Below are positions 50,101 to 64,000 of a stretch of 64,000 bases of DNA, in pieces. Positions within the stretch are counted from its first letter, which is position 1. Every line of letters begins with the position of its first letter. Position numbers and translations under genes: made by a program. The notes beneath the pieces were generated by a model, which was not told where the DNA came from, did no database searches, and was given only the letters and a program-made list of their open reading frames with translations. The stretch comes from Lingula anatina (Eukaryota > Animalia > Brachiopoda), in the NCBI GenBank assembly GCA_051362555.1, contig CM120645.1, forward strand, positions 17,918,001 through 17,982,000, written 5' to 3'.

Positions 50101-52289
50101 GTGTCTGTTTATATGCTGTTTGCTGTTTCTATTCTGTATTGTTACTGAATGTGTTTGTACATTATGAGATGACTGTGTACAACTTTGTTTTCACTCTTTT
50201 TTGTCATGTTCATTCTTAGTACGGTAAATGTTACTGTTGTCACTGTACATTTGATTTTTTTTCTAATCACTGTGTATGTCTGTGTTTTGACTGTGCTTGT
50301 TTTTATTCATTTTGATTACTATGCATGTTTGTGTTGTCACTGTTCGTGTTTGTATTTATTGTGAGCACTGTGTATGTCAGTTTTGTCACTCTATTTGTTT
50401 ACGTAATTTTAACTAATTAACATTATTTAATGCTATATAATATCTAACACCATTTTTTAATAGAGGGACCTTTCAATAAAAGCAGCCGCTACCGGCCAAA
50501 TTTTGAACACTATTTATCTGTGTTTGTCATTTATCTGTTTTTTTATCTGTGTTTTTATTCATTTTGATTACTGTGCATGTTTGTGTTGTCACTGTTTGTG
50601 TTTGTATTTATTGTGAGCACTGTGTATGTCAGTTTTGTCACTCTATTTGTTTGTAGTCATTACTATTACTCTGTATGATGGTGTTGTCACTGTATGTCTA
50701 TGTGTCTGTTTATATTTTCTCTGCTGTGTCTATTCTGTATTGTTACTGAATGTGTTTATACATATTGTGATGACTGTGTATCGACTTTGTTTTCACTATT
50801 TTTCCTTGTGTTCATTCCCATAATGGTTAATGTTACTGTTGTCACTGTACATGTGAAATTTTTTTCTAATCACTGTGTTTGTTGGTGTTGTTACTGTTGA
50901 TATTTGTATTTATTATGAGCACTGTGTATGTCAGTTTTGTTACTCTATTTGTTTGTAATCATTACTATTACTGTGCATGATTGGGTTGTCACTATGTTTA
51001 TGTGTCTGTTTATATGCTGTTTGCTGTTTCTATTCTGTATTATTCCTGAATGTGTTTGTACATTATGAGATGACTATGTACAACTTCGTTTTCACTCTTT
51101 TTCGTCGTGTTCATATTATTTCAGTAAATGTTTCTGTTGTCACTACATGTGAAAATTGTTTCTAATCACTGTGTTTGTCTGTATTTTTACTGTGTTTGTT
51201 TTTATTTATTTTGGTTACTGTGCATGTTTGTGTTGTCACTGTTCGTGTTTGTATTTATTGTGAGCACTGTGTATGTCAGTTTTGTCACTCTATTTGTTTG
51301 TAATCATTACTATTACTCTGCATGATGGTGTTGTCAGTGTATCTCTATGTGCCTTTTTATATTCTGTGTGCTGTGTCTATTCTGTATTGTTACTGTATGT
51401 GTTTGTACATTATGAGATGACTGTGTACAACTTCGTTTTCACTGTTTTTCGTCGTGTTCATTCTTATTAAGGTGAATGTTACTGTTCTCACTGTACATGT
51501 GAATTTTTTTTTCTAATCACTGTGTATGTCTGTTTTGTAACTTTTTATTTGCATTTATTTTGATTACTGTGTTTGTTGGTGTTGTTTCTGTTATTGTTTA
51601 TATTTATTATGAGCACTGTGTATGTCAGTTTTGTTACTCAATTTGTTTGTAATCATTACTATTACTCTGCATGATGGTGTTGTCACTGTATGTCTATGTG
51701 TCTCTTTATATTCTCTTTGCTGTGTCTATTCTGTATTGTTACTGAATGTGTTTGTACATTATGAGATGAATTTGTACAAAGTCGTTTTCACTCTTTTTCG
51801 TTGTGTTCATTTTTATTACGGTAAATGTTACTGTTGTCACTGTACAAGTGAATTTTGTTTCTAATTACTGCGTTGTCTGTATTTTTACTGTGTTTCTTTG
51901 TATTTATTTTGATTACTGTGTTGGTTGGTGTTGTTACTGTTGATGTTTGTATTTATTGTGAGCACTGTGTATGTCAGTTTTTTTACTCTATTTGTTTGTA
52001 ATCATTACCATTACTCTGCATGATGGTGTTGTCAATATATGTCTATGTGTCTGTTTATATGCTGTTTGCTGTTTCTATTGTGTATTGTTTTGATATTTGT
52101 ATTTATTTTGATTACTGTGTTTGTTGCTGTTGTTACTGTGGATGTTTGTATTTATTGTGAACACTGTGTATGTCAGTTTTGTCACTCTATTTGTTTGTAA
52201 TCATTACTAATACTTTGCATGATGGTGTTGTCACTATGTTTATGTGTCTGTTTATATGCTGTTTGCTGTTTCTATTCTGTATTGTTACT

Positions 52290-53297
52290 TTTTTAATATA
52301 ATAATCTTTATTGAGCACTAAAATGCATACATATTACATTTTATAGGCTCTCTACACTAGTCATAACAACTTAGCAACAATTATACAAAGCTATACAATA
52401 CTTATTGAATGATTACTGGGAAGCAGCACAGAATGAAACGACTATTGCTATTGGTGGGTGTGTCGTTTTTTCAAACTTTCAGTTATATATAGATATAATG
52501 TTCTCAAACACAATTCACTATTTGGACTGAGCAGCCACTGAATTTTTTCATGATCTGTTTTCTGCTCAGGAGGTATCATTAATCTAATTCTTCTGTCACT
52601 ATGTTCTTCACATTTCAGTAAAAAGTGGATCTCCGTTTCAATTTCATTACAGTGGGGGCACTTGCGATTTTCAGTAGGGGTTTTAGGGGATGTATAGCGG
52701 CCACGTTCAATTTCTAATTCGTGGTCACTAATCCGCATTTTTGCAATAGTCTTCATTTCTGATGGGGTGACTTTCATTGACAGATATTTTTCAGGGGTGT
52801 AAGTTTTTTTAAGTAATCTGTATGTCCTGAGTTTACTGTAGTTATCACTTTCCAGGTCTTTCCAAAATAGTTCCTCAATTTTATTGTTGATAGCATCTCT
52901 TAGGTTTTCAAAGTTATCTAGTGTTTGTGTATCAGTTTTATGACCCAGACCCCAACACTGTCTAAATGTTCTTATTGATTCAGACCAACAGGGTCCTTTT
53001 TCTTTTTGCTCCTGTTCATAAATGTTTTTGACCAATCTGCTGGAAGGTAGCTCTTTCAGTCTGGCACTGTATCTCTCTGTCTGTTTTGCAATATCAGAAT
53101 AGAGTGGAAATCTTCCAAATTCAGCTCTACAGACATTGTTCATAGCATTTTTTCGTACACCTAGTGCCCATTTGCACATTTTTAGATGTAGTTGTTCAAA
53201 AGGAAATTTATTTAGTTTTGTAAGTGACATTTGTTTTTCCTTGAACATTTCTTCAGACCAAACTTCACACCCATATAGTAAGATGGGCTTGACATTG
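52290..53297 (-). mobile_element. 5'-truncated non-LTR retrotransposon (RTEX/RTE-like LINE) with 11-bp TSD
   Basis: TSD GTATTGTTACT at 52279-52289 and 53298-53308; the minus-strand 3' end reads AATAAAGATTATTATATTAAAAA; open ORF2 C-terminus. Confidence 0.92.
52448..53296 (-). CDS. Partial LINE ORF2: end of RT/thumb region and C-terminal CCHC zinc finger (5'-truncated, no true start)
   Basis: Frame open from the truncation point: NVKPILLYGCEVWSEE-MFKEK...EQLHLKMCKWALGV...CRAEFGRFPL...KMRISDHELEIERGRY...RKCPHCNEIETEIHFLLKC; motifs typical of RTEX-type ORF2. Confidence 0.85.
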   Translation of the reverse strand, partial: NVKPILLYGCEVWSEEMFKEKQMSLTKLNKFPFEQLHLKMCKWALGVRKNAMNNVCRAEFGRFPLYSDIAKQTERYSARLKELPSSRLVKNIYEQEQKEKGPCWSESIRTFRQCWGLGHKTDTQTLDNFENLRDAINNKIEELFWKDLESDNYSKLRTYRLLKKTYTPEKYLSMKVTPSEMKTIAKMRISDHELEIERGRYTSPKTPTENRKCPHCNEIETEIHFLLKCEEHSDRRIRLMIPPEQKTDHEKIQWLLSPNSELCLRTLYLYITESLKKRHTHQ

Positions 53298-56200
53298 GTA
53301 TTGTTACTGAATGTGTTTGTACTTTATGAGATGATTGTGTACAACTTTGTTTTCACTCTTTTTTGTCATGTTCATTCTTAGTACGTTAAATGTTTCTGTT
53401 GTCACTGTACATTTGATATTTTTTTCTAATCACTGTGTATGTCTGTGTTTTGACTGCGCTTGTTTTTATTCATTTTGATTACTATGCATGTTTGTGTTGT
53501 CACTGTTCGTGTTTGTATTTATTGTGAGCACTGTGTATGTCAGTTTTGTCACTCTATTTGTTTACGTAATTTTAACTAATTAACATTATTTAATGCTATA
53601 TAATATCTAACACCATTCTTTAACAGAGGGACCTTTCAATAAAAGCAGCCGCTACCGGCCAAATTTCGAACACTATTTATCTGTGTTTGTCATTTATCTG
53701 TTTTTTTTATCTGTGTTTTTATTCATTTTGATTACTGTGCATGTTTGTGTTATCACTGTTAGTGTTTGTATTTATTGTGAGCACTGTGTATATCAGTTTT
53801 GTCACTCTATTTGTTTGTAATCATTACTATTACTCTGCATGATGGTGTTGTCAGTGTATCTCTATGTTTCTCTTTATATTCTGTGTGCTGTGTCTATTCT
53901 GTATTGTTACTGAATATGTTTGTACATTATGAGATGACTGTGTACAACTTCATTTTCATGGTGAATGTTTATGTTTTATGGTGAATGTTACAATTGTCAC
54001 TGTACATGTCAAAATTTATTCTGATCACTGTGTATGACTGTATTGTGACTGTGTTTCTTTGTATTTATTTTCATTACTGTGTTGGTTGGTGTTGTTACTG
54101 TTGATGTTTGTATTTATTGTGAGCACTGTGTATGTCAGTTGTTTTACTCTATTTGTTTGTAATCATTACCATTACTCTGCATAATGGATCTGTCAATATA
54201 TGTCTATGTGTCTGTTTATATGCTGTTTGCTGTTTCTATTCTGTATTGTTACTGAATGTGTTTGTTCATATCGAGATGACTGTTTACGACTTCGTTTTCA
54301 CTCTTTTACCTTGTGTTCTTGTCATTATGGTGAATGTCATTGTTGTCACTGTACATGTGAAATTTTTTTCTAATCACTGTGTATGTCTGTTTTGTGACTT
54401 TTTGTTTGCATTTATTTTGATTACTGTGTTTGTTGGTGTTGTTACTGTTGATGTTTGTATTTATTATGAGCACTGTGTATGTCAGTTTTGTTACTCTATT
54501 TGTTTGTAATCATTACTATTACTCTGCATGATGGTGTTGTCACTGTATGTCTATGTGTCTGTTTATATTCTTTTTGCTGTGTCTATTCTGTATTGTTACT
54601 GAATGTGTTTGTACATTATGAGATGAATGTGTACAACGTCCTTTTCACTCTTTTTCGTTGTGTTCATTCTTATTACGTTAAATGTTTCTGTTGTCACTGT
54701 ACATGTGAAATTTGTTTCTAATTACTGTGTTTGTCTGTATTTTTACTGTGTTTGTTTTAATTTATTTTGGATACTGTGCATGTTTGTGTTGTCACTGTTC
54801 GTGTTTGTATTTATTTTGAGCACTCTGTATGTCAGTTTTGTCACTATTTGTTTGTAATCATTACTATTACTGTGCATGATGGTGTTGTCAATATATGTCT
54901 TTGTGTCTGTTTATATGCTGTTTGCTGTTTCTATTCTGCATTGTTATTGAATGTGTTTGTTCATATCGAGATGACTGTTTAAGCCTTCGTTTTCACTCTT
55001 TTAACTTGTGTTCTTGTCATTAAGGTGAATGTTACTGTTGTCCCTGTACGTTTCAAATTTTTTTACTCTTTTTCCTTGTGTTCATTCTCATTATGGTAAA
55101 TGTCATTGTTGTCACTGTACATGTGAAATTTTTTTTCCAATCACTGTGTTTCAGTTTTGTGACTGTGTTTGTTTGTATTTATTTTGATTACTGTGTTTGT
55201 TGGTGTTGTTACTGTTGATGTTTGTATTTATTGTGGGCACTGTGTATGTCAGTTTTTTTACTCTATTTGTTTGTAATCATTACCATTACTCTGCATAATG
55301 GATCTGTCAATATATGTCTATGTGTCTGTCTATATGCTGTTTGCTGTTTCTATTCTGTATTGTTACTGAATGTGTTTGTTCATATCGAGATGACTGTTTA
55401 CGACTTCGTTTTCACTCTTTTACCTTGTGTTCTTGTCATTATGGTGAATGTCATTGTTGTCACTGTACATGTGAAATTTATTTCTAATCACTGTGTATGT
55501 CTGTTTTGTGACTTTTTGTTTGCATTTATTTTGATTACTGTGTTTGTTGGTGTTGTTACTGTTGATGTTTGTATTTATTATGAGCACTGTGTATGTCAGT
55601 TTTGTTACTCTATTTGTTTGTAATCATTACTATTACTCTGCATGATGGTGTTGTCACTGTATGTCTATGTGTATGTTTATATTCTCTTTGCTGTGTCTAT
55701 TCTGTATTGTTACTGAATGTGTTTGTACATTATGAGATGAATGTGTACAATGTCGTTTTCACTCTTTTTTGTTGTGTTCATTCTTATTACGTTAAATGTT
55801 TCTGTTGTCACTGTACATGTGAAATTTGTTTCTAATTACTGTGTTTGTCTGTATTTTTACTGTGTTTGTTTTAATTTATTTTGGATACTGTGCATGTTTG
55901 TGTTGTCACTGTTCGTGTTTGTATTTATTTTGAGCACTCTGTATGTCAGTTTTGTCACTATTTGTTTGTAATCATTACTATTACTGTGCATGATGGTGTT
56001 GTCAATATATGTCTTTGTATCTGTTTATATGCTGTTTGCTGTTTCTATTCTGCATTGTTATTGAATGTGTTTGTTCATATCGAGATGACTGTTTAAGCCT
56101 TCGTTTTCACTCTTTTAACTTGTGTTCTTGTCATTAAGGTGAATGTTACTGTTGTCCCTGTATGTTTCAAATTTATTTACTCTTTTTCCTTGTGTTCATT

Positions 56201-59200
56201 CTCATTATGGTAAATGTCATTGTTGTCACTGTACATGTGAAATTTTTTTCTAATCACTGTGTTTCTGTTTTGTGACTGTGTTTGTTTGTATTTATTTTGA
56301 TTACTGTGTTTGTTGGTGTTGTTACTGTTGATGTTTGTATTTATTGTGGGCACTGTGTATGTCAGTTTTGTCACTCTATTTGTTTGTAATCATTACTAAT
56401 ACTTTGCATGATGGTGTTGTCACTATGTTTATGTGTCTGTTTATATGCTGTTTGCTGTTTCTATTCTGTATTGTTACTGAATGTGTTTGTACATTATGAG
56501 ATGACTGTGTACAACTTTGTTTTCACTCTTTTTTGTCATGTTCATTCTTAATACGGTAAATGTTACTGTTGTCACTGTACATTTGATTTTTTTTCTAATC
56601 ACTGTGTATGTCTGTGTTTTGACTGTGCTTGTTTTTATTCATTTTGATTACTATGCATGTTTGTGTTGTCACTGTTCGTGTTTGTATTTATTGTGAGCAC
56701 TGTGTATGTCAGTTTTGTCACTCTATTTGTTTACGTAATTTTAACTAATTAACATTATTTAATGGTATATAATATCTAACACCATTTTTTAATAGAGGGA
56801 CCTTTCAATAAAAGCAGCCGCTACCGGCCAAATTTTGAACACTATTTATCTGTGTTTGTCATTTATCTGTTTTTTTATCTGTGTATTTATTCATTTTGAT
56901 TACTGTGCATGTTTGTGTTGTCACTGTTTGTGTTTGTATTTAGTATGTCAGTTTTGTCACTCTATTTGTTTGTAGTCATTACTATTACTCTGTATGATGG
57001 TGCTGTTACTGTATGTCTATGTGTCTGTTTATATTTTCTCTGCTGTGTCTATTCTGTATTGTTACTGAATGTGTTTATACATATTGTGATGACTGTGTAT
57101 TGACTTTGTTTTCACTCTTTTTCCTTGTGTTCATTCCCATAATAGTTAATGTTACTGTTGTCACTGTACATGTGAAATTTTTTTCTAATCACTGTGTTTG
57201 TTGGTGTTGTTACTGTTGATATTTGTATTTATTATGAGCACTGTGTATGTCAGTTTTGTTACTCTATTTGTTTGTAATCATTACTATTACTGTGCATGAT
57301 TGGGTTGTCACTATGTTTATGTGTCTGTTTATATGCTGTTTGCTGTTTCTATTCTGTATTATTCCTGAATGTGTTTGTACATTATGAGATGACTATGTAC
57401 AACTTCGTTTTCACTGTTTTTCGTCGTGTTCATATTATTTCAGTAAATGTTTCTGTTGTCACTACATGGGAAAATTGTTTCTAATCACTGTGTTTGTCTG
57501 TATTTTTACTGTGTTTGCTTTTATTTATTTTGGTTACTGTGCATGTTTGTGTTGTCACTGTTCATGTTTGTATATATTGTGACCACTGTGTATGTAAGTT
57601 TTGTCACTCTATTTGTTTGTAATCATTACTATTACTCTGCATGATGGTGTTGTCAGTGTATCTCTATGTGTCTCTTTATATTCTGTGTGCTGTGTCTATT
57701 CTGTATTGTTACTGAATATGTTTCTACATTATGAGATGACTGTGTACAACTTCGTTTTCAGTCTTTTTCGTTGTGTTCATTCTTATTACAATGAATGTTA
57801 TTGTTCTCACTGTACATGTGAATTTTTTTTTAATCACTGTGTATGTCTGTTTTGTGACTGTTTTTGTTTCCATTTATTTTGATTACTGTGTTTGTTGGTG
57901 TTGTTACTGTTGATGTTTGTATTTATTGTGAGCAATGTGTATGTCAGTTTTGTTACTCTGTTTGTAATCATTACTATTACTCTGTATGATGGTGTTGTCA
58001 CTGTATGTCTATGTGTTTGTTTATATTCTTTTTGCTGTGTCTATTCTGTATTGTTACTGAATGTGTTTGTACATTATGAGATGAATGTGAACAATGTCGT
58101 TTTCACTCTTTTTTGTCATGTTCATTCTTATTACGGTAAATGTTACTGTTGTCACTGTACAATGGAAATTTTTTTCTAATTACTGTGTTTGTCTGTATTT
58201 TTACTGTGTTTGTTTTTATTTATTTTGGATAGTGTGCATGTTTGTGTTGTCACTGTTCGTGTTTGTATTTATTTTGAGCACTCTGTATGTCATTTTGTCA
58301 CTCTATTTGTTTGTAATCATTACTATTACTCTGCATGATGGTGTTGTCAGTGTATCTCTGTGTCTCTTAATATTCTTTTGCTGTGTCTATTCTGTATTGT
58401 TACTGAATGTGTTTGTACATTATGAGATGACTATGTACAACTTCGTTTTCACTGTTTTTCGTCGTGTTCATATTATTTCAGTAAATGTTTCTGTTGTCAC
58501 TACATGTGAAAATTGTTTCTAATCACTGTGTTTGTCTGTATTTTTACTGTGTTTGTTTTTATTTATTTTGGTTACTGTGCATGTTTGTGTTGTCACTGTT
58601 CATGTATGTATATATTGTGACCACTTACTGTGTATGTAAGTTTTGTCACTCTATTTGTTTGTAATCATTACTATTACTCTGCATGATGGTGTTGTCAGTG
58701 TATCTCTATGTGTCTCTTTATATTCTGTGTGCTGTGTCTATTCTGTATTGTTACTGAATATGTTTCTACATTATGAGATGACTGTGTACAACTTCGTTTT
58801 CACTCTTTTTCGTTGTGTTCATTCTTATTACAATGAATGTTATTGTTCTCACTGTACATGTGAATTTTTTTTTCTAATCACTGTGTATGTCTGTTTTGTG
58901 ACTGTTTTTGTTTCCATTTATTTTGATTACTGTGTTTGTTGGTGTTGTTACTGTTGATGTTTGTATTTATTGTGAGCAATGTGTATGTCAGTTTTGTTAC
59001 TCTGTTTGTAATCATTACTATTACTCTGTATGATGGTGTTGTCACTGTATGTCTATGTGTTTGTTTATATTCTTTTTGCTGTGTCTATTCTGTATTGTTA
59101 CTGAATGTGTTTGTACATTATGAGATGAATGTGTACAATGTCGTTTTCACTCTTTTTCGTCATGTTCATTCTTATTACGGTAAATGTTACTGTTGTCACT

Positions 59201-62200
59201 GTACAATGGAAATTTTTTTCAATTACTGTGTTTGTCTGTATTTTTACTGTGTTTGTTTTTATTTATTTTGGATACTGTGCATGTTTGTGTTGTCACTGTT
59301 CGTGTTTGTATTTATTTTGAGCACTCTGTATGTCAGTTTTCTCACTCTATTTGTTTGTAATCATTACTATTACTCTGCATGATGGTGTTGTCAGTGTATC
59401 TCTGTGTCTCTTTATATTCTTTTGCTGTGTCTATTCTGTATTGTTACTGAATGTGTTTGTACATTATGAGATGACTATGTACAACTTCGTTTTCACTGTT
59501 TTTCGTCGTGTTCATATTATTTCAGTAAATGTTTCTGTTGTCACTACATGTGAAAATTGTTTCTAATCACTGTGTTTGTCTGTATTTTTACTGTGTTTGT
59601 TTTTATTTATTTTGGTTACTGTGCATGTTTGTGTTGTCACTGTTCATGTTTGTATATATTGTGACCACTGTGTATGTAAGTTTTGTCACTCTATTTGTTT
59701 GTAATCATTACTATTACTCTGCATGATGGTGTTGTCAGTGTATCTCTATGTGTCTCTTTATATTCTGTGTGCTGTGTCTATTCTGTATTGTTACTGAATA
59801 TGTTTCTACATTATGAGATGACTGTGTACAACTTCGTTTTCAGTCTTTTTCGTTGTGTTCATTCTTATTACAATGAATGTTATTGTTCTCACTGTACATG
59901 TGAATTTTTTTTCTAATCACTGTGTATGTCTGTTTTGTGACTGTTTTTGTTTCCATTTATTTTGATTACTGTGTTTGTTGGTGTTGTTACTGTTGATGTT
60001 TGTATTTATTGTGAGCAATGTGTATGTCAGTTTTGTTACTCTGTTTGTAATCATTACTATTACTCTGTATGATGGTGTTGTCACTGTATGTCTATGTGTT
60101 TGTTTATATTCTTTTTGCTGTGTCTATTCTGTATTGTTACTGAATGTGTTTGTACATTATGAGATGAATGTGTACAATGTCGTTTTCACTCTTTTTCGTC
60201 ATGTTCATTCTTATTACGGTAAATGTTACTGTTGTCACTGTACAATGGAAATTTTTTTCTAATTACTGTGTTTGTCTGTATTTTTACTGTTTGTTTTTAT
60301 TTATTTTGGATACTGTGCATGTTTGTGTTGTCACTGTTCGTGTTTGTATTTATTTTGAGCACTCTGTATGTCAGTTTTGTCACTCTATTTGTTTGAAATC
60401 ATTACTATTACTCTGCATGATGGTGTTGTCAGTGTATCTCTGTGTCTCTTTATATTCTTTTGCTGTGTCTATTCTGTATTGTTACTGAATGTGTTTGTAC
60501 ATTATGAGATGAATGTGTACAACGTCGTTTTCACTCTTTTTCGTTGTGTTCATTCTTATTACGGTAAATGTTACTGTTGTCACTGTACAAGTGAAATTTG
60601 TTTCTAATTACTGCGTTGTCTGTATTTTTACTGTGTTTCTTTGTATTTATTTTGATTACTGTGTTGGTTGGTGTTGTTACTGTTGATGTTTGTATTTATT
60701 GTGAACACTGTGTATATCAGTTTTGTCACTCTATTTGTTTGTAATCATTACTATTACTGTGCATGATGGTGTTGTCAATATATGTCTTTGTGTCTGTTTA
60801 TATGCTGTTTGCTGTTTCTATTCTGCATTGTTATTGAATGTGTTTGTTCATATCGAGATGACTGTTTAAGCCTTCGTTTTCACTCTTTTAACTTGTGTTC
60901 TTGTCATTAAGGTGAATGTTACTGTTGTCCCTGTACGTTTCAAATTTATTTACTCTTTTTCCTTGTGTTCATTCTCATTATGGTAAATGTCATTGTTGTC
61001 ACTGTACATGTCAAAATTTATTCTGATCACTGTGTATGACTGTATTGTGACTGTGTTTCTTTGTATTTATTTTGATTACTGTGTTGGTTGGTGTTGTTAC
61101 TGTTGATGTTTGTATTTATTGTGAGCACTGTGTATGTCAGTTGTTTTACTCTATTTGTTTGTAATCATTACCATTACTCTGCATAATGGATCTGTCAATA
61201 TATGTCTATGTGTCTGTTTATATGCTGTTTGCTGTTTCTATTCTGTATTGTTACTGAATGTGTTTGTTCATATCGAGATGACTGTTTACGACTTCGTTTT
61301 CACTCTTTTTCGTTGTGTTCATTCTTATTATCGTAAATGTTACTGTCGTCACTGTTTGCATTTATTTTGATTACTGTGTTTGTTGGTGTTGTTACTGTTG
61401 ATGTTTGTATTTATTATGAGCACTGTGTATGTCAGTTTTGTTACTCTATTTGTTTGTAATCATTACTATTACTCATTATGGTAAATGTCATTTTTTTCTA
61501 ATCACTGTGTTTCAGTTTTGTGACTGTGTTTGTTTGTATTTATTTTGATTACTGTGTTTGTTGGTTTTGTTACTGTTGATGTTTGTATTTATTGTGGGCA
61601 CTTTGTATGTCAGTTTTTTTACTCTATTTGTTTGTAATCATTACCATTACTCTGCATGATGGTGTTATCAATATATGTCTATGTGTCTGTTTATGTGCTG
61701 TTTGCTATTTCTATTCTGTATTGTTACTGAATGTGTTTGTTCATATCGAGATGACTGTTTACGACTTCGTTTTCACTCTTTTTCGTTGTGTTCATTCTTA
61801 TTATCGTAAATGTTACTGTCGTCACTGTACAAGTGAAATTTGTTTCTAATTACTGTTTGTCTGTATTTTCACTGTTTTTGTTTTTATTTATTTTGGTTAC
61901 TGTGCATGTTTGTGTTGTCACTGTTCATGTTTGTATATATTGTGACCACTGTGTATGTAAGTTTTCTCACTCTATTTGTTTGTAATCATTACTATTACTC
62001 TGCATGATGGTGTTGTCAGTGTATCTCTATGTGTCTCTTTATATTCTGTGTGCTGTGTCTATTCTGTATTGTTACTGAATATGTTTCTACATTATGAGAT
62101 GACTGTGTACAACTTCGTTTTCACTCTTTTTTGTTGTGTTCATTCTTATTACAATGAATGTTATTGTTCTCACTGTACATGTGAATTTTTTTTCTAATCA

Positions 62201-64000
62201 CTGTGTATGTCTGTTTTGTGACTGTTTTTGTTTCCATTTATTTTGATTACTGTGTTTGTTGGTGTTGTTACTGTTGATGTTTGTATTTATTGTGAGCAAT
62301 GTGTATGTCAGTTTTGTTACTCTGTTTGTAATCATTACTATTACTCTGTATGATGGTGTTGTCACTGTATGTCTATGTGTTTGTTTATATTCTTTTTGCT
62401 GTGTCTATTCTGTATTGTTACTGAATGTGTTTGTACATTATGAGATGAATGTGTACAATGTCGTTTTCAATCTTTTTCGTCGTGTTCATTCTTATTACGG
62501 TAAATGTTACTGTTGTCACTGTACAATGGAAATTTTTTTCTAATTACTGTGTTTTTCTGTATTTTTACTGTGTTTGTTTTTATTTATTTTGGATACTGTG
62601 CATGTTTGTGTTGTCACTGTTCGTGTTTGTATTTATTTTGAGCACTCTGTATGTCAGTTTTGTCACTCTATTTGTTTGTAATCATTACTATTACTCTGCA
62701 TGATGGTGTTGTCAGTGTATCTCTGTGTCTCTTTATATTCTTTTGCTGTGTCTATTCTGTATTGTTACTGAATGTGTTTGTACATTATGAGATGAATGTG
62801 TACAACGTCGTTTTCACTCTTTTTCGTTGTGTTCATTCTTATTACGGTAAATGTTACTGTTGTCACTGTACAAGTGAAATTTGTTTCTAATTACTGCGTT
62901 GTCTGTATTTTTACTGTGTTTCTTTGTATTTATTTTGATTACTGTGTTGGTTGGTGTTGTTACTGTTGATGTTTGTATTTATTGTGAACACTGTGTATAT
63001 CAGTTTTGTCACTCTATTTGTTTGTAATCATTACTATTACTGTGCATGATGGTGTTGTCAATATATGTCTTTGTGTCTGTTTATATGCTGTTTGCTGTTT
63101 TTATTCTGCATTGTTATTGAATGTGTTTGTTCATATCGAGATGACTGTTTAAGCCTTCGTTTTCACTCTTTTAACTTGTGTTCTTGTCATTAAGGTGAAT
63201 GTTACTGTTGTCCCTGTACGTTTCAAATTTATTTACTCTTTTTCCTTGTGTTCATTCTCATTATGGTAAATGTCATTGTTGTCACTGTACATGTGAAATT
63301 TTTTTCTAATCACTGTGTTTCAGTTTTGTGACTGTGTTTGTTTGTATTTATTTTGATTACTGTGTATTTTGGTGTTGTTACTGTTGATGTTTGTATTTAT
63401 TGTGGGCACTGTGTATGTCAGTTTTTTTACTCTATTTGTTTGTAATCATTACCATTACTCTGCATGATGGTGTTATCTATATATGTCTATGTGTCTGTTT
63501 ATGTGCTGTTTGCTATTTCTATTCTGTATTGTTACTGAATGTGTTTGTTCATATCGAGATGACTGTTTACGACTTCGTTTTCACTCTTTTTCGTTGTGTT
63601 CATTCTTATTATCGTAAATGTTACTGTTGTCACTGTACAAGTGAAATTTGTTTCTAATTACTGTTTGTCTGTATTTTCACTGTTTTTGTTTTTATTTATT
63701 TTGGTTACTGTGCATGTTTGTGTTGTCACTGTTCATGTTTGTATACATTGTGACCACTGTGTATGTAAGTTTTGTCACTCTATTTGTTTGTAATCATTAC
63801 TATTACTCTGCATGATGGTGTTGTCAGTGTATCTCTATGTGTCTCTTTATATTCTGTGTGCTGTGTCTATTCTGTATTGTTACTGAATATGTTTCTACAT
63901 TATGAGATGACTGTGTACAACTTCGTTTTCACTCTTTTTCGTAGTGTTCATTCTCATTACAATGAATGTTATTGTTCTCACTGTACATGTGAATTTTTTT

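Larger units (their letters stand above)
26810..64000 (+). repeat. ~350-bp T/G-rich satellite array (>37 kb, roughly 100 monomers, open at window end) with higher-order repeats
   Basis: Anchor ctctatttgtttgtaatcattactattactctgcatgatggtgttgtca recurs; ORF starts 28583/28933/29283 give a 350-bp period; degenerate at 26810-28250. Confidence 0.97.

Noticed and set aside
26843-63793. Numerous Cys/Val/Phe-rich short ORFs
   Set aside because: Translations of a T/G-rich satellite with frequent frameshifts and stops among monomers; no coding constraint visible.

Overview
AT-rich metazoan DNA (probably an invertebrate such as a mollusc or echinoderm; inferred from repeat types), almost entirely repetitive, with no intact host protein-coding gene. 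Bases 1-~14715 form one giant imperfect palindrome whose left arm probably extends beyond the window. Each arm carries, from outside in: a CCCAG-type repeat, ~110-bp subrepeats with a tRNA-like head, five ~352-bp units each containing a 73-nt tRNA-like cloverleaf (tRNA-Pro-like body, Ile/Lys/Thr-type D arm) pointing inward, and a purine-rich 33-bp minisatellite. The two minisatellites meet head-to-head at ~8133. On the strand opposite the tRNA-like genes, the 352-bp unit shows splice signals for two symmetric phase-1 micro-exons (57 and 42 nt). 14.2-20.7 kb holds tandem duplications of a ~94-107-nt exon-like cassette with stops in every frame of the copies translated, plus several MITEs. 21-26.8 kb holds old tandem repeats, a decayed Mutator-like transposase/DEDDh-exonuclease remnant and MITEs. 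From ~26.8 kb to the end is a ~350-bp T/G-rich satellite with higher-order repeats, five copies of a ~155-bp foreign insert and one young 5'-truncated RTEX-like LINE with an 11-bp target-site duplication. All analysis was by eye; boundaries are approximate except where motifs are quoted.
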